A stretch of 64,000 nucleotides of DNA from Octopus bimaculoides (GCF_001194135.2 NC_068981.1:20115443-20179442); one strand, 5' to 3'. Shown: positions 12,620-26,125, counted from the stretch's first letter. A program made the numbers and translations. Notes: a model not told the origin generated them from the letters alone.

Positions 12620-13374
12620 TGAGCTTACTGTGTTTTTCTGAATCCAGTGTTGTGTCTGTTTGGAGCTGTGGGATGGTGCTGAGTCCTGTTGAAGGCTCCA
12701 AAGTGCACCTTGAAAGTGTTCATTCACTCATGGAAGCAATTCAGCTTCCTGAATGTCACCATTGTATTGCTGGGTGTTTATTTTAACAACCAAGGCACAA
12801 AAATGAGGGGAAACATTCCAGTGGCTGCCACAGCCACCCAAACCATAACTGACTGTGGATTTTGACGTCAATTTATGACTCTACCCTTGACAGAGCTAGA
12901 TACACTCCAAAGTCAATGGTTTACTGTCTGTTTGATGTCAAATTTCTTTTCATCAGTGAACACCAGGTTGAGCAGCATGCCTTCAGCAATCTGACACTGG
13001 ATAAGACGACTTCTCTCCAGTTTCATGGTCTTATAAAGTTGCATGATCTTATAATGGCAGATCATCTTGTAGTAGTGGGTCCTGAGATCCTCCTTCAGCA
13101 CTAGACACATTGATGTTTGGCTTATTTTTGCTGTGGCAGCCAGTTTTCTGACAGAACAATGAGGATTTTGCCATATCTTTTCTCTGACACTTTTGGTAAG
13201 CTGAGAAGTCTGCACACTTCTTTTTCAGCCACATCCAGGTCAGTCAGCCGTGGAACCAGTCCCTTGAAATTTCTTGACAATTTTCCAGACTGTTGTTCAG
13301 TTAACTTGAAGCTTTTTTGCTATAGCTGTATTACTTTTGACGAGGGTTATGATTGTATTTTGGTCTATAGCCAT
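12620..13374 (-). pseudogene. Truncated, frameshifted Tc1/mariner-superfamily transposase, maT (DD37D)-like
   Basis: The minus strand encodes an HTH region (VWKIVKKF...PG.G.KRSV), then SVRKLAATAKISQTSM, LVFTDEKKF (first catalytic D), RQNPQSVMVWVAV and WSLQQDSAPSHSSKQTQHWIQ (second D). FTDEK and QQDSAP.H match Bmmar1/maT-type motifs. It breaks off before the third D at a (TA)n tract. Confidence 0.8.
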
Positions 13375-13785
13375 TATCTAATTTATAAATCTGAATTTAT
13401 TTAACCTGAAACAAAAAGAAAACACACTAAATGTATAATTTTCATATCTTATCGCATTTATTGATAGTTATTAAAGCCTGAAACTTGGAACACTGTGTGT
13501 GTATGTGTGTGTGTGTGTGTGTGTGTGTATTACTTGGAAACAAAAACAGATGAGGGTTGACAAGAGGAAGGATATTTGACCATAGAAAATCTGCATCACT
13601 AGATTCTGTCTGACCCATGCAAGCATGGAAAAGTGAATGTCCAAATGATGATGATGGTGGTGATATACATGCTTACACAAATATATGGCATACACACACA
13701 CACAAATGCATACACATAAATACATGCATATATGCATATATATGCACACTTGTTTGTAAGTTTATGATCCATGTGTGGTCACTGG

Positions 13786-14040
13786 CTCTAGTGTGGGTGG
13801 CACATAAAATACACCATTTTGAGTGTGGCCGTTGCCAGTACCTCCTGACTGGCCTTCGTGCCAGTGGCACATAAAAGTACCCACTACACTCTCGGAGTGG
13901 TTGGCGTTAGGAAGGGCATCCAGCTGTAGAAACTCTGCCAAATCAGATTGGAGCCTGGTGTAGCCATCCGGTTTCACCAGTCCTCAGTCAAATCGTCAAA
14001 CTCATGCTAGCATGGGAAGCGGACGTTAAACGATGATGAT
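13786..14040 (+). mobile_element. Family-C SINE-like retroposon with RTE-like (GAT)n tail, young copy
   Basis: ggttggcgttaggaagggcatccagctgtagaaac...gcatgggaagcggacgttaaacgatgatgat. Nearly identical to 63660-63815. Confidence 0.9.
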
Positions 14041-14120
14041 ATATATATATAATGGCAGTGGTGATGGTGGAAGTGATCAAATATGATAGCATTAGGCATG
14101 ATGATACAGAGATGGAGTTA

Positions 14121-14155
<35 letters not shown>

Positions 14156-15182
14156 AACAAGGACCATGACAATGATGACCTACCATAATGATGGTGAAGA
14201 TGACAGGGCCTTAAGTGGAGCTTGTCATCAAATACAGTTATTGTCTCTTCAAAATATTAATGGTTTCCTGATTATAATAATCTCTTTGTCTTATAAATAT
14301 CACCTCTTGTTTGTACACTTCTCTCTCCTTCTCCCCTCTCACTTCTTTTCTCCTCTTCTCCCTTTCACTTCCTTTCATCTCCCTCTTCTTTTCCCCTCTC
14401 TCCTCTTCTCCTTATCTCCTCTTCCCTCTCTTCTTCCCTTTTTGTATATGCTGCTTTAGGTGTGTAAGTGTCCAACTATGTGTGTCTATGGATGCCTCTG
14501 TATGTATGTAGGTGTTCATATTGTTTGTATACATGGTTTTGTGCATATATCTACGAATTGTTTGCCATATATACCCAACCGTTATCTAAGAGTATGTTTA
14601 CATGCATATCTATATGTATATCTATGTATGTGTTTGCTTGTGTATACATGTGTGTCTGTGTTTGTTGCCATGCATACCCATGTATTCTTCATTTCATATC
14701 CGACAATGTGCATGTATGTGTATGCACCTACAAATGTGTCTTCTGTGTGTACCAATGTGTGTGTCAGCATATGCGTGTTTTGATATGTAAATATATGTGC
14801 CTATGTGATATTTCTGTTTAAATACGTGCGTTATCTCATAGGTGTCTATTTCTGTTGTTGTATCCTTCGACCTTCTTCAGCTGTATCTTGTATCAATAAC
14901 ATTCTCAAAATTTCAAATCAAATTTTTTATCAAATCAACTGTACCTTCTTGTCATTCTGTTGTCCATAGCACAGATATTCTCTTATTAGATTGTCTAATA
15001 CCTTTGATGCTGCTTGCTCAGGGTGTATTGACTGATCCAAGAATTGAACTTAGTCCTACTAGCTATGTTATTACATTTAACACTTAATCAATGCTTATAT
15101 TCACAATCTCACTGTCCTATGAGATATTTAAATAATATAAATTAGGAAATTTAAACCTAACTTCTTTTAATTATTTCATTAA

Positions 15183-15550
15183 GGTGTGAGGTAGCTACCT
15201 TGTGTAAGACAGCTACATTGTTGTGACGTATCTCACCGTAGAAAACCTGCCTCACCAAATTCAGTATGACATGTATAAGACAATAGCATAGTATGAATAA
15301 GCTGCATGGTATGAAACAGTTACATGGTCTCAGGCAGCTACATGGTGTGAGGTAGTTATATGGTATATTTATCTACATGGTGTAGGCAGCTACAGTGTGT
15401 GCAACAGTTACATGATGTGAGGTAGCTAAATTGTGTATAGTATAGTATAATATAGCTTCATGGTATAAGGTAGTTAGATGGTGTGAGGCAGCTGCATGGT
15501 GTAAGGCAACAACATTGCATTAGGTAGCTATTTGGTGTGAAACACCTACA
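15183..15550. repeat. Degenerate ~18-bp minisatellite (GGTGTGAGGTAGCTACAT)
   Basis: Repeated ggtgtgaggtagctac / ggtgtgaggcagctgcat / gatgtgaggtagcta variants in tandem. Confidence 0.85.
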
Positions 15551-16119
15551 TAGAAGAGAGAACCTAAAGCAACTTCATGGCTTATTTTAAGCCCAGTTAT
15601 GTATTCTACCTTTGTTAAACATCTAATGTATGCAAATAACATATATCATTATTGGTTATTTTATTGCTATATTATAGTCCATGGTAATATAAAATTTATT
15701 TCATCCTGCCATGGTGTATTTAATAATTTCTCTGTTTTTAATGCCCTGCTGAATGAAATGTTAGTGTTATTATTGCCAATCTAATATCATGAGTATAATA
15801 TATCTGATACGTTCTTCTGGCACAACTATTTCGGTTACACACATAAAATCCAGTATAAATAACAGTGATTGCAGTTTTTCCCTGTCCTGCCATGAATAGA
15901 TGTAGCCAGCAGTGATCTACAAGCTTTCATTGACAAAAGCCTCTCTCCAACAATGGGCAACTATTAGAAAGGAAATGTTACAACTGATCTTTAATCAAAC
16001 TGAATTGTGTATGCAAATATCAGTTTCTTCCAAGGTTCCCTTCTAAAATAATATAAAACTGTGTATGGAGAGAGGGCGAGAGAGAAAGTGAGTGAGTGAG
16101 TGAGTGAGAGAGAGAGAGA

Positions 16120-16160
<41 letters not shown>

Positions 16161-16524
16161 TGAGCAATATTATAAGGCTGATTTGAGGAAAGAAGAACAG
16201 AAAGAAAATACATATTTTTTTTATGAAAGTGTAGAAGATGTAATTATGATACAATATGTCAGAAAAGACTGTTTTGTGTTTTGGGTAGTTTTCTTTGTAA
16301 GAAATTTTCAAATAATAGCCTTTATATTTCTAGTAAAATATGATATTACCCTTAAGATTAATATTTGAAAATAATACACATATCTTATTTTTTTTCACTG
16401 CACAATTATTAAATTCTACTAAATTTTTGTGCATGTTTCTTAATATTTACTGAAAATAAATATTTTCCATTCTTTTACTACTTTTTGCTCAATAAATTTA
16501 CACTTTAAAGTGTATGTGTGTATA

Positions 16525-16572
<48 letters not shown>

Positions 16573-19415
16573 TATTTATTTATTTATTTATTTATTTATT
16601 CATCTTTTTAATCTGTTTCTAAATTATATATTTCTACAATTTTGCTCAAAATGTCAATAGCGTATCTGCCATCCCTGTATCAGTTCCAGAAACCTCCCTA
16701 ATAATCTAAATAGTACAATACTTTCTCTATCAACAAATTTCAACTAGAATATATGTATAAATTTTCTCATAATAAAAAAAAAAAAATCTATCTACTTCTA
16801 AGCCAGCATTGGACAGGAAATTTTCTATTTATATTTTTTATTGTTGCCAAAATATAAATAACTAGATAAATAAAATGAATGGAAGAAAATATTTTCCATC
16901 AATAATTTTCCTGACTTTGTCATAACTTGCATCTCTGCCAAATGCATAGACTCTAAAATTAAAAAATAAAAAAATTCATTTGGCATACATCAAACATCCT
17001 TTGTCTCATCTAGGCAGCTGTACATTCTGGTTAGTGGCCAAATGCATAGCAGTCTTCTAGTTATTAGCAGGTCAATATCTTTCTATTTCAATTCTAGAAT
17101 CAACGTTTTTGCAAACATCCATCTGCTGTACATTATACTGTACGATTATTAAATATAAACTAATCTGTCCTTCTCCCAAACTCAGTCTCCTTTCACTGAA
17201 TACAATCTTCAACAAGCAGTCCTTGCTTTACTTTCAATATATAAAAGAGATTCTGTAGACAATCTTTTAACACTGACTCCTAATCACTCATTTCAAACAT
17301 TCCTTATTTTCTAACTTTTTAAAATATATGTTTTTCCTTTCCATGTTTCATAAACTCTCAAATGACACTTCAGCATCAACAATTGTAGACATCCAGGAGA
17401 TAATTCATTATTTTGGATAAAAAAAAGAAATGATAACAGGGAGAAAAAACAGTTTTCTCTTGAGTTATCAGATAAAGATTGATAACTCTCATTAGACACT
17501 ACCTAAGAATTGGTAACTAACTCTCATTAGACACACTAGCTAAATATTAGCAACCCTCAAGAGACACACAAGCTTAAGATCTGTATCTCCCCATTAAGAA
17601 GCATGAGCTAAAGTTGGTAAATATGCCAGAACTCTTCTCTGTAGAATACTAAAAGTGAAACATTGTTTGCATTATGATAAGGTTTTATTTAGTTTCTTAT
17701 ATTTACCAGGTTCTCTCAAGACTAAAAACATTTTCCCGGACCATTTTGTGAAATTACTGTTTATTTTACTTATGGACGACTACTGATTGTTAATAACTGT
17801 TCCTGTAGAACTATGGATGGACAAAATGGATTTACAGGATTGTTAGAGCATTGGATACAATACCTGTAATATTTAGTGATAGATCTTTACATTCAGAGTT
17901 CAAATAGTAGAAGAAGCAGAAGACACTTCCGTCTACCTACTTGATATGAAGCCTCTCTATTGGCTATCAGTAACCATTTATGAATAAATAGTAACATAAT
18001 GTTTAATTCTGACTGGAGCTATCCAAGCCTATCAGGTTTTCCTATAATCAAGCCTGCTATTTTTGATCTCTAAACAAGTGGCATATCACACAATATATGC
18101 ATACACACACAATGGGAGTCAACATTCAATGATGCATAACATACAGTAGCAAATACCATAAATAGGGACGTCTGCAATATGTTAGCATACAACACTGACA
18201 CATGGTAAGACTCAGCGCATACATAAGTACATAACACCCTCACACACACATACACACACTGGTACACAACATTCATACGTAAAAGAAACACATGGCACAC
18301 AACAAACACACTCACAAACACTGGTATACATCTCTCACATACATACATGCTTGACACAATACAAACGTATGCATCCTGGTATGCAGCATACACACAAGCA
18401 CACACACACTGACACACAACACCTAATGCACACACATATCACAAAACATATACTGTTATATCAAAGAAAACATATTACAAGCCATTGAGAGAGCAAGAGT
18501 GAGAGAGAGAGATACTACAAGGTCCTTCAATCAGCTAGAAATGGCCACTAAATCATTTTCGAATCACACTCTACCACTTACAAAAGGAAGGATAACGTAT
18601 GTTTTATTGAATAATGTAAACCAGAGTAAAATCAAATGGGGTGGTCATGTCTGGCTTTGATCATAAGACTATTCAATGAGAATTGACCTGGGCTAAGCAA
18701 CAACAGTAACAATTACAACACTCAAAATATGTACCCATGTATATCAGCAGGAGCTGTACACATCAGTGAGAAAAAATCTGATAGACCAGTATTTTTTGTT
18801 TGTTTGTTTGTTTGTTTTTTTGGTTTTTTTTTAACAAAAATGCCTTGTGGTATTTGTTACACCTGAGTTGCACAAACATTCCCTTGTCTCTCTCTCACCA
18901 TTTGAAATGGAGCGAAACAAGTGATTGGCCTGTTTAGAAAGAAAGCAAACAAAAAAAAACAAAAACAAAAAAAAAAGGCCTGTAACCAATGATGCTGTTT
19001 TTCACCAAAACAAAATATAAAATAAATAAACAAATAATGGTGGACACAGCTAGAATATTGATTGGATAAATCTTTGATCAGTTGTCTCTTTATTATAGAT
19101 CTTCTACTGAAATAGACCTGATTGGGATTACTCAACCACAACTACACAAAGCTAGACAGTTGTTACTGTTTTATTATTATTATTATTATCATCATCATCA
19201 TCATCATCATCATCATTATCATCATTATTATTGAGATTGTTGTTATTTAGCCACCAGGTCAGCCCTGTTCAAGCAGACCTGTGATCAAAGGAGTTTCAAC
19301 AGTGAAACACAGGTAGACAGTTTTTGAGACAGAGACAGACATTTGTAAACTGGTAGATGAGACTGGTAGGGCGGAAGGCACTATGTGTAGCATTGTGAAT
19401 GAACATATACACTAT

Positions 19416-19449
<34 letters not shown>

Positions 19450-20065
19450 CATGTATTATATTTGTGCATATGTGTGTGGGTGTTATAGAATATATATATA
19501 TTATATTACATGGGTTTGTATTTTACAACGTATGTGTAATGATGTGTGTGCACATGTGATGTGCATACCTGTTTGATGTGTCTATGTGCATTGTAGGAGT
19601 TCTGTGTGTGTGTTGTGTATATTGTACTGTGTAACATAGTGTGTGTGTGTATTTGTGTGGTATTTCAATATTACGCTGAGCAATGTTTTCCTATAAAGCT
19701 CGTGTTTCAAACCTCATCTGTCAACAGTGGCAGAGTGTTATGCTTTAGTTTCTGGTCTTTGAGGATCTACTGTACAGTTCTTACCTGAACAGATCAGATG
19801 TCTTGCTTTGGTTTCTTCTCTTAATAAGAAATTTGCCAAAATCTTTATGGTAAAAAATAGTAAATAACTGATATGCATTACACACAGATACACACACACA
19901 CACACACACACATATGTGGAACAGTATGCAATAGAATAAAACATCAGCTTCCCATATATAAATATATATACTGCTCTTCTCTTTCCTCCTGGTATTAAGG
20001 AAACCAGGAAACTAACAATTTGAAAAACCTCTTAGAAATTATAAACTGCAATATATGTGTATGTT

Positions 20066-20103
<38 letters not shown>

Positions 20104-20403
20104 CTGTGTAGTGAGGAATAGGCTGTAACTTGTCAACAGTCAATTGAAATAGAGCATATTTATCACTTTATACCGATTTTTCTCTTTATTCAATCCAGCT
20201 GAATTGTTCCAAACCAACCCAAAGGAAAAGGAAGGAAATCTTCTTTAGAATTTACTTTGTAGAAAATTTAATTTCTCCATCTTTGCTTTCCCTAAAGAAT
20301 GACATAAAAATAAATTTGTGAAAAGAAAAACTATAGGAAAGAAATTTTAATATTTTATATAAAATGGCTAATATATATATTTATGTGTGTGTATGTGTGC
20401 ATG

Positions 20404-20444
<41 letters not shown>

Positions 20445-20819
20445 CATATATGCACATAGGCATCCATATATGTGTTTGAAAGTTAATGTACTTATAGTTG
20501 TGCACATATTTACTCACCATGGTGACAAATTCAGATATGTTTCACTCTTATTTGACCTCATCACCAAATCATAGTCTCAACATTACTGTAAGATCTTAGA
20601 ATTACTTGATATATATATATGTGTGTGTGTGTGTGGGTGAGTGTGTGCATGCATGTGTGTACAGCCAACAGAGTCGCAGTGCAGTCCAAAGTCTGATAAA
20701 ATAGGTAGAGTTAGAACATACATCGTTGATGACTGTGATGGTGGATAATGACTGCAGCAGTCTGTTACTGCTTTTTGTCATGGACTTTTTGCTATTGAAC
20801 CAAGGTATTGCACTGTTAA

Positions 20820-21295
20820 GATCATGTGAAAGCTATTCCATGTTTCCATGCCCAAAATCTCCTCTCTGATCCCACTATAGATTCAGTTATGAGAACTAGA
20901 TCATCAGCATATAAAATTCCCATGACAGCCAGTCTTAAACTTCTCTGCAATGGCCTGTAGAATGAATAGGCTGGGACTGAGGACTAAGCCTTGATGGACT
21001 CCAACCCTTCATCACTGGAATCATTGTTTACCCTCACTTTTCTTACTGCATCTTTGTACATGGCTTGTACAGTTCTCACAAGCCATTTATCAAAGCCTAA
21101 TTTCCTTAGGGACCATTAAATTACTGTATGTGATATCCTGTCAAATACATTCTCCAAATCAATGAATGCCAGGAATAATGGTTTACTCTTAGTCAAGTAT
21201 TTCTCCTGCAGTTGTCTCATTACAAAGATTGCATTTATGGTACACCTCTTCTAGATACAAAACCAAACAGCATCACACCTAGATCTACTCTGTCA
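20820..21295 (-). mobile_element. RTE-clade LINE reverse-transcriptase fragment (pseudogenised)
   Basis: Minus strand encodes FGFV..., AFIDLENVFDRI, WSLRKLGFDKWLVRTVQAMYKDA, GVHQGLVLSP and LYADDLVLITES. YADD lies at 20900-20911. Stops and frameshifts present. Confidence 0.9.
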
Positions 21296-21724
21296 CAAAT
21301 CAGTTGTGCTTACATTTACATATGCATGCATGTTTATGTTATGAGTAATTACTACTAACAGAAATAAAATACTTATTTCAGTTGTAGAGTGGAATATACA
21401 TAATATGATATAGTGTGTTAATAATACATTGTAATTTCAAGTTTTGTACCTGATTAATTTTGAGGAATCATCAGCTGACAAAATTCAACCAGATACTAAA
21501 ATATGTATGACTTATATGTTGTTAGTATGTGGAATCTCTGATATTACAGGGATATTGTATTTGAATACAATACTGGAAACTCCTCCCACTAACAGCATAT
21601 ATGTGAAGAGTATATTAGTAATTGATTGAATTTTGTTATCTGAAATTTGCTTCTCATTAGCCAGGTATGAGACTTGAAGTTAAGATATATTTTCACTAAC
21701 TAACTCTATCATATTGCTATATAA

Positions 21725-22184
21725 TTACTCTTTTACTCTTTAATCTGTTTCAGTCATTTGACTGCGGCCATGCAGGAGCACCGCCTTTAGTTGAATCAAA
21801 TCGACCCCAGGACTTATTCTTTGTAAACCTAGTACTTATTCTATCAGTCTCTCTTGCCAAACCGCTAAGTTATGGGGACCTAAACACACCAGCATCGGTT
21901 GTCAAGCGATGTTGGGGGGACAAACACAGATGCACAACATATACACATGCATACATATATATACATATATATGATGTGCTTCTTTCAGTTTCCGTCTACC
22001 AAATCCACTCACAAGATTTTGGTCGGCCCGAGGCTATAGTAGAAGACACTTGCCCAAGGTGCCATGCAATNNNNNNNNNNGCTATAGTAGAAGACACTTG
22101 CCCAAGGTGCCATGCAATGGGACTGAACCCGGAACCATGTGGTTGGTAAGCAAGCTACTTACTACACAGCCACTCCTGCGCCTA
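21725..22184 (-). mobile_element. Family-A CORE-like SINE, full length
   Basis: Head taggcgcaggagtggctgtg...gggttcagtccc through tail cagtcaaatgactgaaac...aaagagtaaaagagtaa. A 10-N gap lies inside, with a 38-bp artefactual duplication across it. Confidence 0.92.
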
Positions 22185-22240
22185 TGTTATTATTATTATT
22201 ACTATTATTACTGCGCCTAATTGTTATTATTATTACTATT

Positions 22241-22650
22241 AAGGTAGAGAGCTGGCAGAATCATTAGCACGCTGGATGAAATGCTTAGTGGCATTTTACC
22301 TGTCACTGCATTCTGAGTTCAAATTCCACTGAGATTGACTATGCCTTTCATCCTTTTGGGGTCAATAAATTAAGTACCAGTGAAACACTGGGGTCAATGT
22401 AGAAAGGATTATTATCATTATTAAGGCGGCGAGCTGGCAGAACCATTAGCACACCAGGCAAAATGCTTAGCAGTATTTCACCCACCTTTACATTCTGAGT
22501 TCAGATTCCTCTGAGGTCGACTCTGCCTTTCATCCTTTCAGGGTCGATAAATTAAGCACCAGTAGAACACTAGGAGTCGATGTAATTGACTATCCCCCTC
22601 CCACAAAATTTCAAGCCTTGTGCCTTTAGTAGAAAGGATTATTATTATTA
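22241..22650 (+). mobile_element. Two tandem family-B SINEs with (ATT)n tails
   Basis: Heads aaggtagagagctggcagaa (22241) and taaggcggcgagctggcagaa (22422). Both end in agaaaggattatt. The first copy is internally deleted. Confidence 0.9.
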
Positions 22651-23499
22651 CTGTTTTATTTTTGTTTGTATAAGTACCTGTTACTCTGCAAGATAGTTGC
22701 TATAATCTTAGTGAGATTGTTCATAATGTAATAATCTGTTTATTTGAAATCACTACATCATGTCTTTGATTATCTATTAATATGATTTCACAGATTCCAA
22801 TTAAGATTTCAATGGAAGATATTTGTCAGTGTTAAAAGAGCATGCTAGATCAGAGTCAGAGTTGGCAAGAGATTCAATAAAGAATCTGAAGTCAAAGGTA
22901 CATGCATTTTTGTTTTGTGTGGGTTGACTTTTTATGGAGGTATTAGGTACATACATATGTATACGTGTGCGTGCACACACACTCTCTCTCCCCAAAGGAT
23001 TTTTTCAGTCTTCCTTTTTGCAGTTAATGGGTCTAGAATCCACATACTAAACCAGTTTTAGATTAAAAAAAAACAAAAACAATAGTGCTGCGACCCTGTA
23101 TTAACCAGGAGAACCATGCATAATAGGTTTTGAGTCCCCTTCTGCTCATGATCCACAGTTTTGCCACTGTTGGAGCTACATGGTTAGCAGTTTGGTCCCA
23201 CTGCATAACATTAACAGCTGGCATCCTTTACCATAGCCACATGTCAACCAATATCTTATGAGTGAAATTGGCAGCTTAAAACTGGAAGAATTCCAATTTA
23301 TATCTCTATATGTATATATGTATGTGCATGTTTATGTGAATGAGTTTGTATTTTCCCCGTGTCTTCTTCACGTATGCTGTTTGTTTGCAATCCACTGCAA
23401 AAATGTGTTCATGACAGTTCTTGACATATTGCATTGTCTTTATAAACAAAATGCTCATCCAAAAATTATGTCATTTGTTTCCATTTCTCCATTTAACTA

Positions 23500-24770
23500 T
23501 CGGGTTGGCAACTAAGTTCCTGCCGTTTTTTTTAATTTAAAGTTTTTAAAAGGTTTAATAAAAAATAACAACTAATTAATCAATAATGTATTCACCCTTG
23601 TTGTTTACAACTTCTTCCCAATGTTCAACAAGATTTTCAATGCCTCGTTGGTAGAAATCACCCAATTTTGACTCGCAAAATTGATGAAACCAAGCTCTCA
23701 ATTCGGCATCAGTATTGAATGAAACTCCACACATAACATTTGAAAGAGAACGAAAGAGGTGGAAATCCGTTGGTGCCAAATCAGGAGAGTACAGCGGGCG
23801 TGGCAGCACTTCTCAGCCATGCATTTGAATGGCTTCCTTGGTCATATTGGCGATATGAAGGTGGGCGTTGTCGTGCAGCAGAAGAACTCTTTTCTCTTGA
23901 ATAGCCATGTTGAATCATTCCATCTGTTGAACAATGGAGTTCCACGTTGACCGTTTGGTTCCGTTCAAGCAATTTGTAATGGATAATCCTTTCGCAGTCC
24001 CTCCATACGCACAACATCGTCTTACGCAGACGAAGATCTTGTTTCATGCGTGGTGTTGCTTGTTTACCAGGGCTAAGCCATTCCTTACGCTGCTTCATAT
24101 TGATGTACAGGCACCATTTTTCATTGCCAGTAACGATTTGGTTAAGAAATCGTTGCTTGTGTCCATGAGTTGAGCGGTGACGAGCAAACAAACCAGTGGA
24201 GATTGTGGCTCATTGATTTTTGTTCTTGTCACTTAAAGCATGTAGAACCCATGCTTCATACTTCTGAACCTTTCCCATTGAGTGAAGATGCTTCTCTGTA
24301 GCAGTGTTGGAGCATTCCATTTTCTCTGCCAGTTCCCTTGTCATTTGACAAGAATTTTCGTGCAAAAGTGGGTTTAATCGCTGTTCATCGAACTCAACTG
24401 GATGGCCAGAATGAGGTGCATCTTTGAGGTCAAAATTTCCATTTTTGAACTTGGCATACCAATCACGAGCGGTTCTTTCAGCTATGGCACCCTCTTCATA
24501 CACAGCATAAATGTCGCGAGCAGTTTTTGCAGCCTTAGAACCTTGATTAAAAGCAAAAAGAAGGAGGTGTCGAAAATGCTCGTTTTTCTTAACTTTACAT
24601 TCCATTTTAATGATCTGAAAATAAACAAAACTTAACTAAAATTAACTAGAAAAAAAAAAAATAGATTCCAAAATGATTCAAAAATAGAATTCTTGAAAAA
24701 AAATAGATTCCAAAATTTAAAAACGCAATAAATTCCAAAATTGAAAAAAAGTGTAGGAAATGGAACCCAA
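23500..24770 (-). mobile_element. Full-length (1271 bp) defective mariner transposon, DD34D, mellifera-subfamily-like
   Basis: Flanked by TA at 23498-99 and 24771-72. Left TIR is TCGGGTTGGCAACTAAG; the right TIR is decayed (...GGAACCCAA). The transposase runs across 24605-23576. Confidence 0.95.
23576..24605 (-). pseudogene. Mariner transposase pseudogene
   Basis: Motifs: EHFRHLLLF, WVLHAL (WVPHEL motif), IVTGNEKW (first catalytic D changed to N), LHDNA, YSPDLAPTD, with 34 residues between the second and third D. Defects: in-frame TGA at 24210-24212, a frameshift near 23930, and a W-to-TGA stop before EVLPRP. Confidence 0.95.
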
Positions 24771-25137
24771 TATATCAAGTAGTATGTATATATATATATT
24801 TATTTATTAGCTGTAAATCTATAGAGTTCAAGGGACTAAAATTTTGTGCAAGATAAATGTGAGCATCAAATAATAACCAATATTCTAAAAATGTATTATG
24901 CATAAGAAAAAGTTACTGAGGTTTTCGTCTACAAACTCTTCTGTGAAGGCATTGATCAGCTATGGGCTATATTTGAAGTTGTGCTCCTATGCAAAATTCC
25001 AGATGTCTTGATGAAAAAATAATAACTAACAATTTGGGCCATCCTTACATACAGGCATACACTCATGTACATGTGCATTCATAGATACATACATATATAT
25101 CACTGGAACTGTAGAAATCTGTAAAACTTTCCAGAAG

Positions 25138-25322
25138 TTTATCATTTAAATATAGATGAGCATGTCTAGATATGTAACTATATGTATGAGAATACATACA
25201 TAAAACATACAAATCTGCTAAAATTCCAATGAAGGAGCCTTGAATCTCAGTTAGAAACCAGTTCTTTCTCTATTGGCAAGAAATCTTGAAATAAATTGAA
25301 TAATGACATACATACATACACA
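25138..25322 (+). repeat. Unclassified interspersed repeat with (TACA)n tail, copy 2
   Basis: Homologous to 362-638. Confidence 0.8.
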
Positions 25323-26125
25323 CATATTCACTGTATTTTTGGCAAATTCCTAGAAAAGATACTGACAGTTTATAATTTATCTGTGAATGTTGATTCACTG
25401 CAAATTGTTGTTTCCTAGGAATTCAAAAGACAATTTAAGTTAAGCTTTATAGAAAAGTGCAAATAAAGACAGAAATAAATATTTAATGTAAAAGTATATT
25501 TTTACTCTTGAATTTTAAAAAAATTTGTAGAAAACATTTGTTTTTTGTTTCGTTTCTTTTTTTTCAAACGCTGTAGTAATTTACATAATTACAGCAAATG
25601 AATTATTTTTCTAATCAGTAAGTTTTTCCAGTGCCTATTGTAGTTGTTCAGTCTATATAATATTTTTAGTTTTTGAACAATATTGAAATTGTTAGGAAAA
25701 AAATGTGTGCATAAGCGTATGTATATATTTATGTTTATGTATACACACGCAAACACACTCTCACAAACGCACACACACATTATCCTTGTCATTTGTCACT
25801 AACCCTCATCTGTTTCCAAGCAAGATAAAGTTTCCACACACATACACACTTCAATCTATAGCCATTAGCCATGCCTGCACCAGTATATACACACAAACAC
25901 AGATTAGTGAGTACTCACTATATTGACTGTCTACAGGGTACCCCACTTCCGGTGCTGGTTCCATAAAAAATGCACCCACTGCACATTCTAAAGTGGTTGA
26001 CAAATGTACAAAGAAAATGTTGCGAGATCTCTTCAGTTTAATCTTGTTTCAGGAAATGCTATTCAACTTCTTAAGTGTTGGCACAATAAGAAAGTGTGTT
26101 CTGTATATTGTATAAAGTCGCCAGT

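Noticed and set aside
21645-21670. Possible 4-nt microexon (tag|CCAG|gtatga)
   Set aside because: The polypyrimidine tract is weak, and such a pattern is expected by chance in 64 kb.
22033-22118. 38-bp direct repeat across a 10-N gap (similar cases at about 40800-40830 and 46262-46390)
   Set aside because: This is an unmerged contig overlap; the SINE consensus has the segment once.
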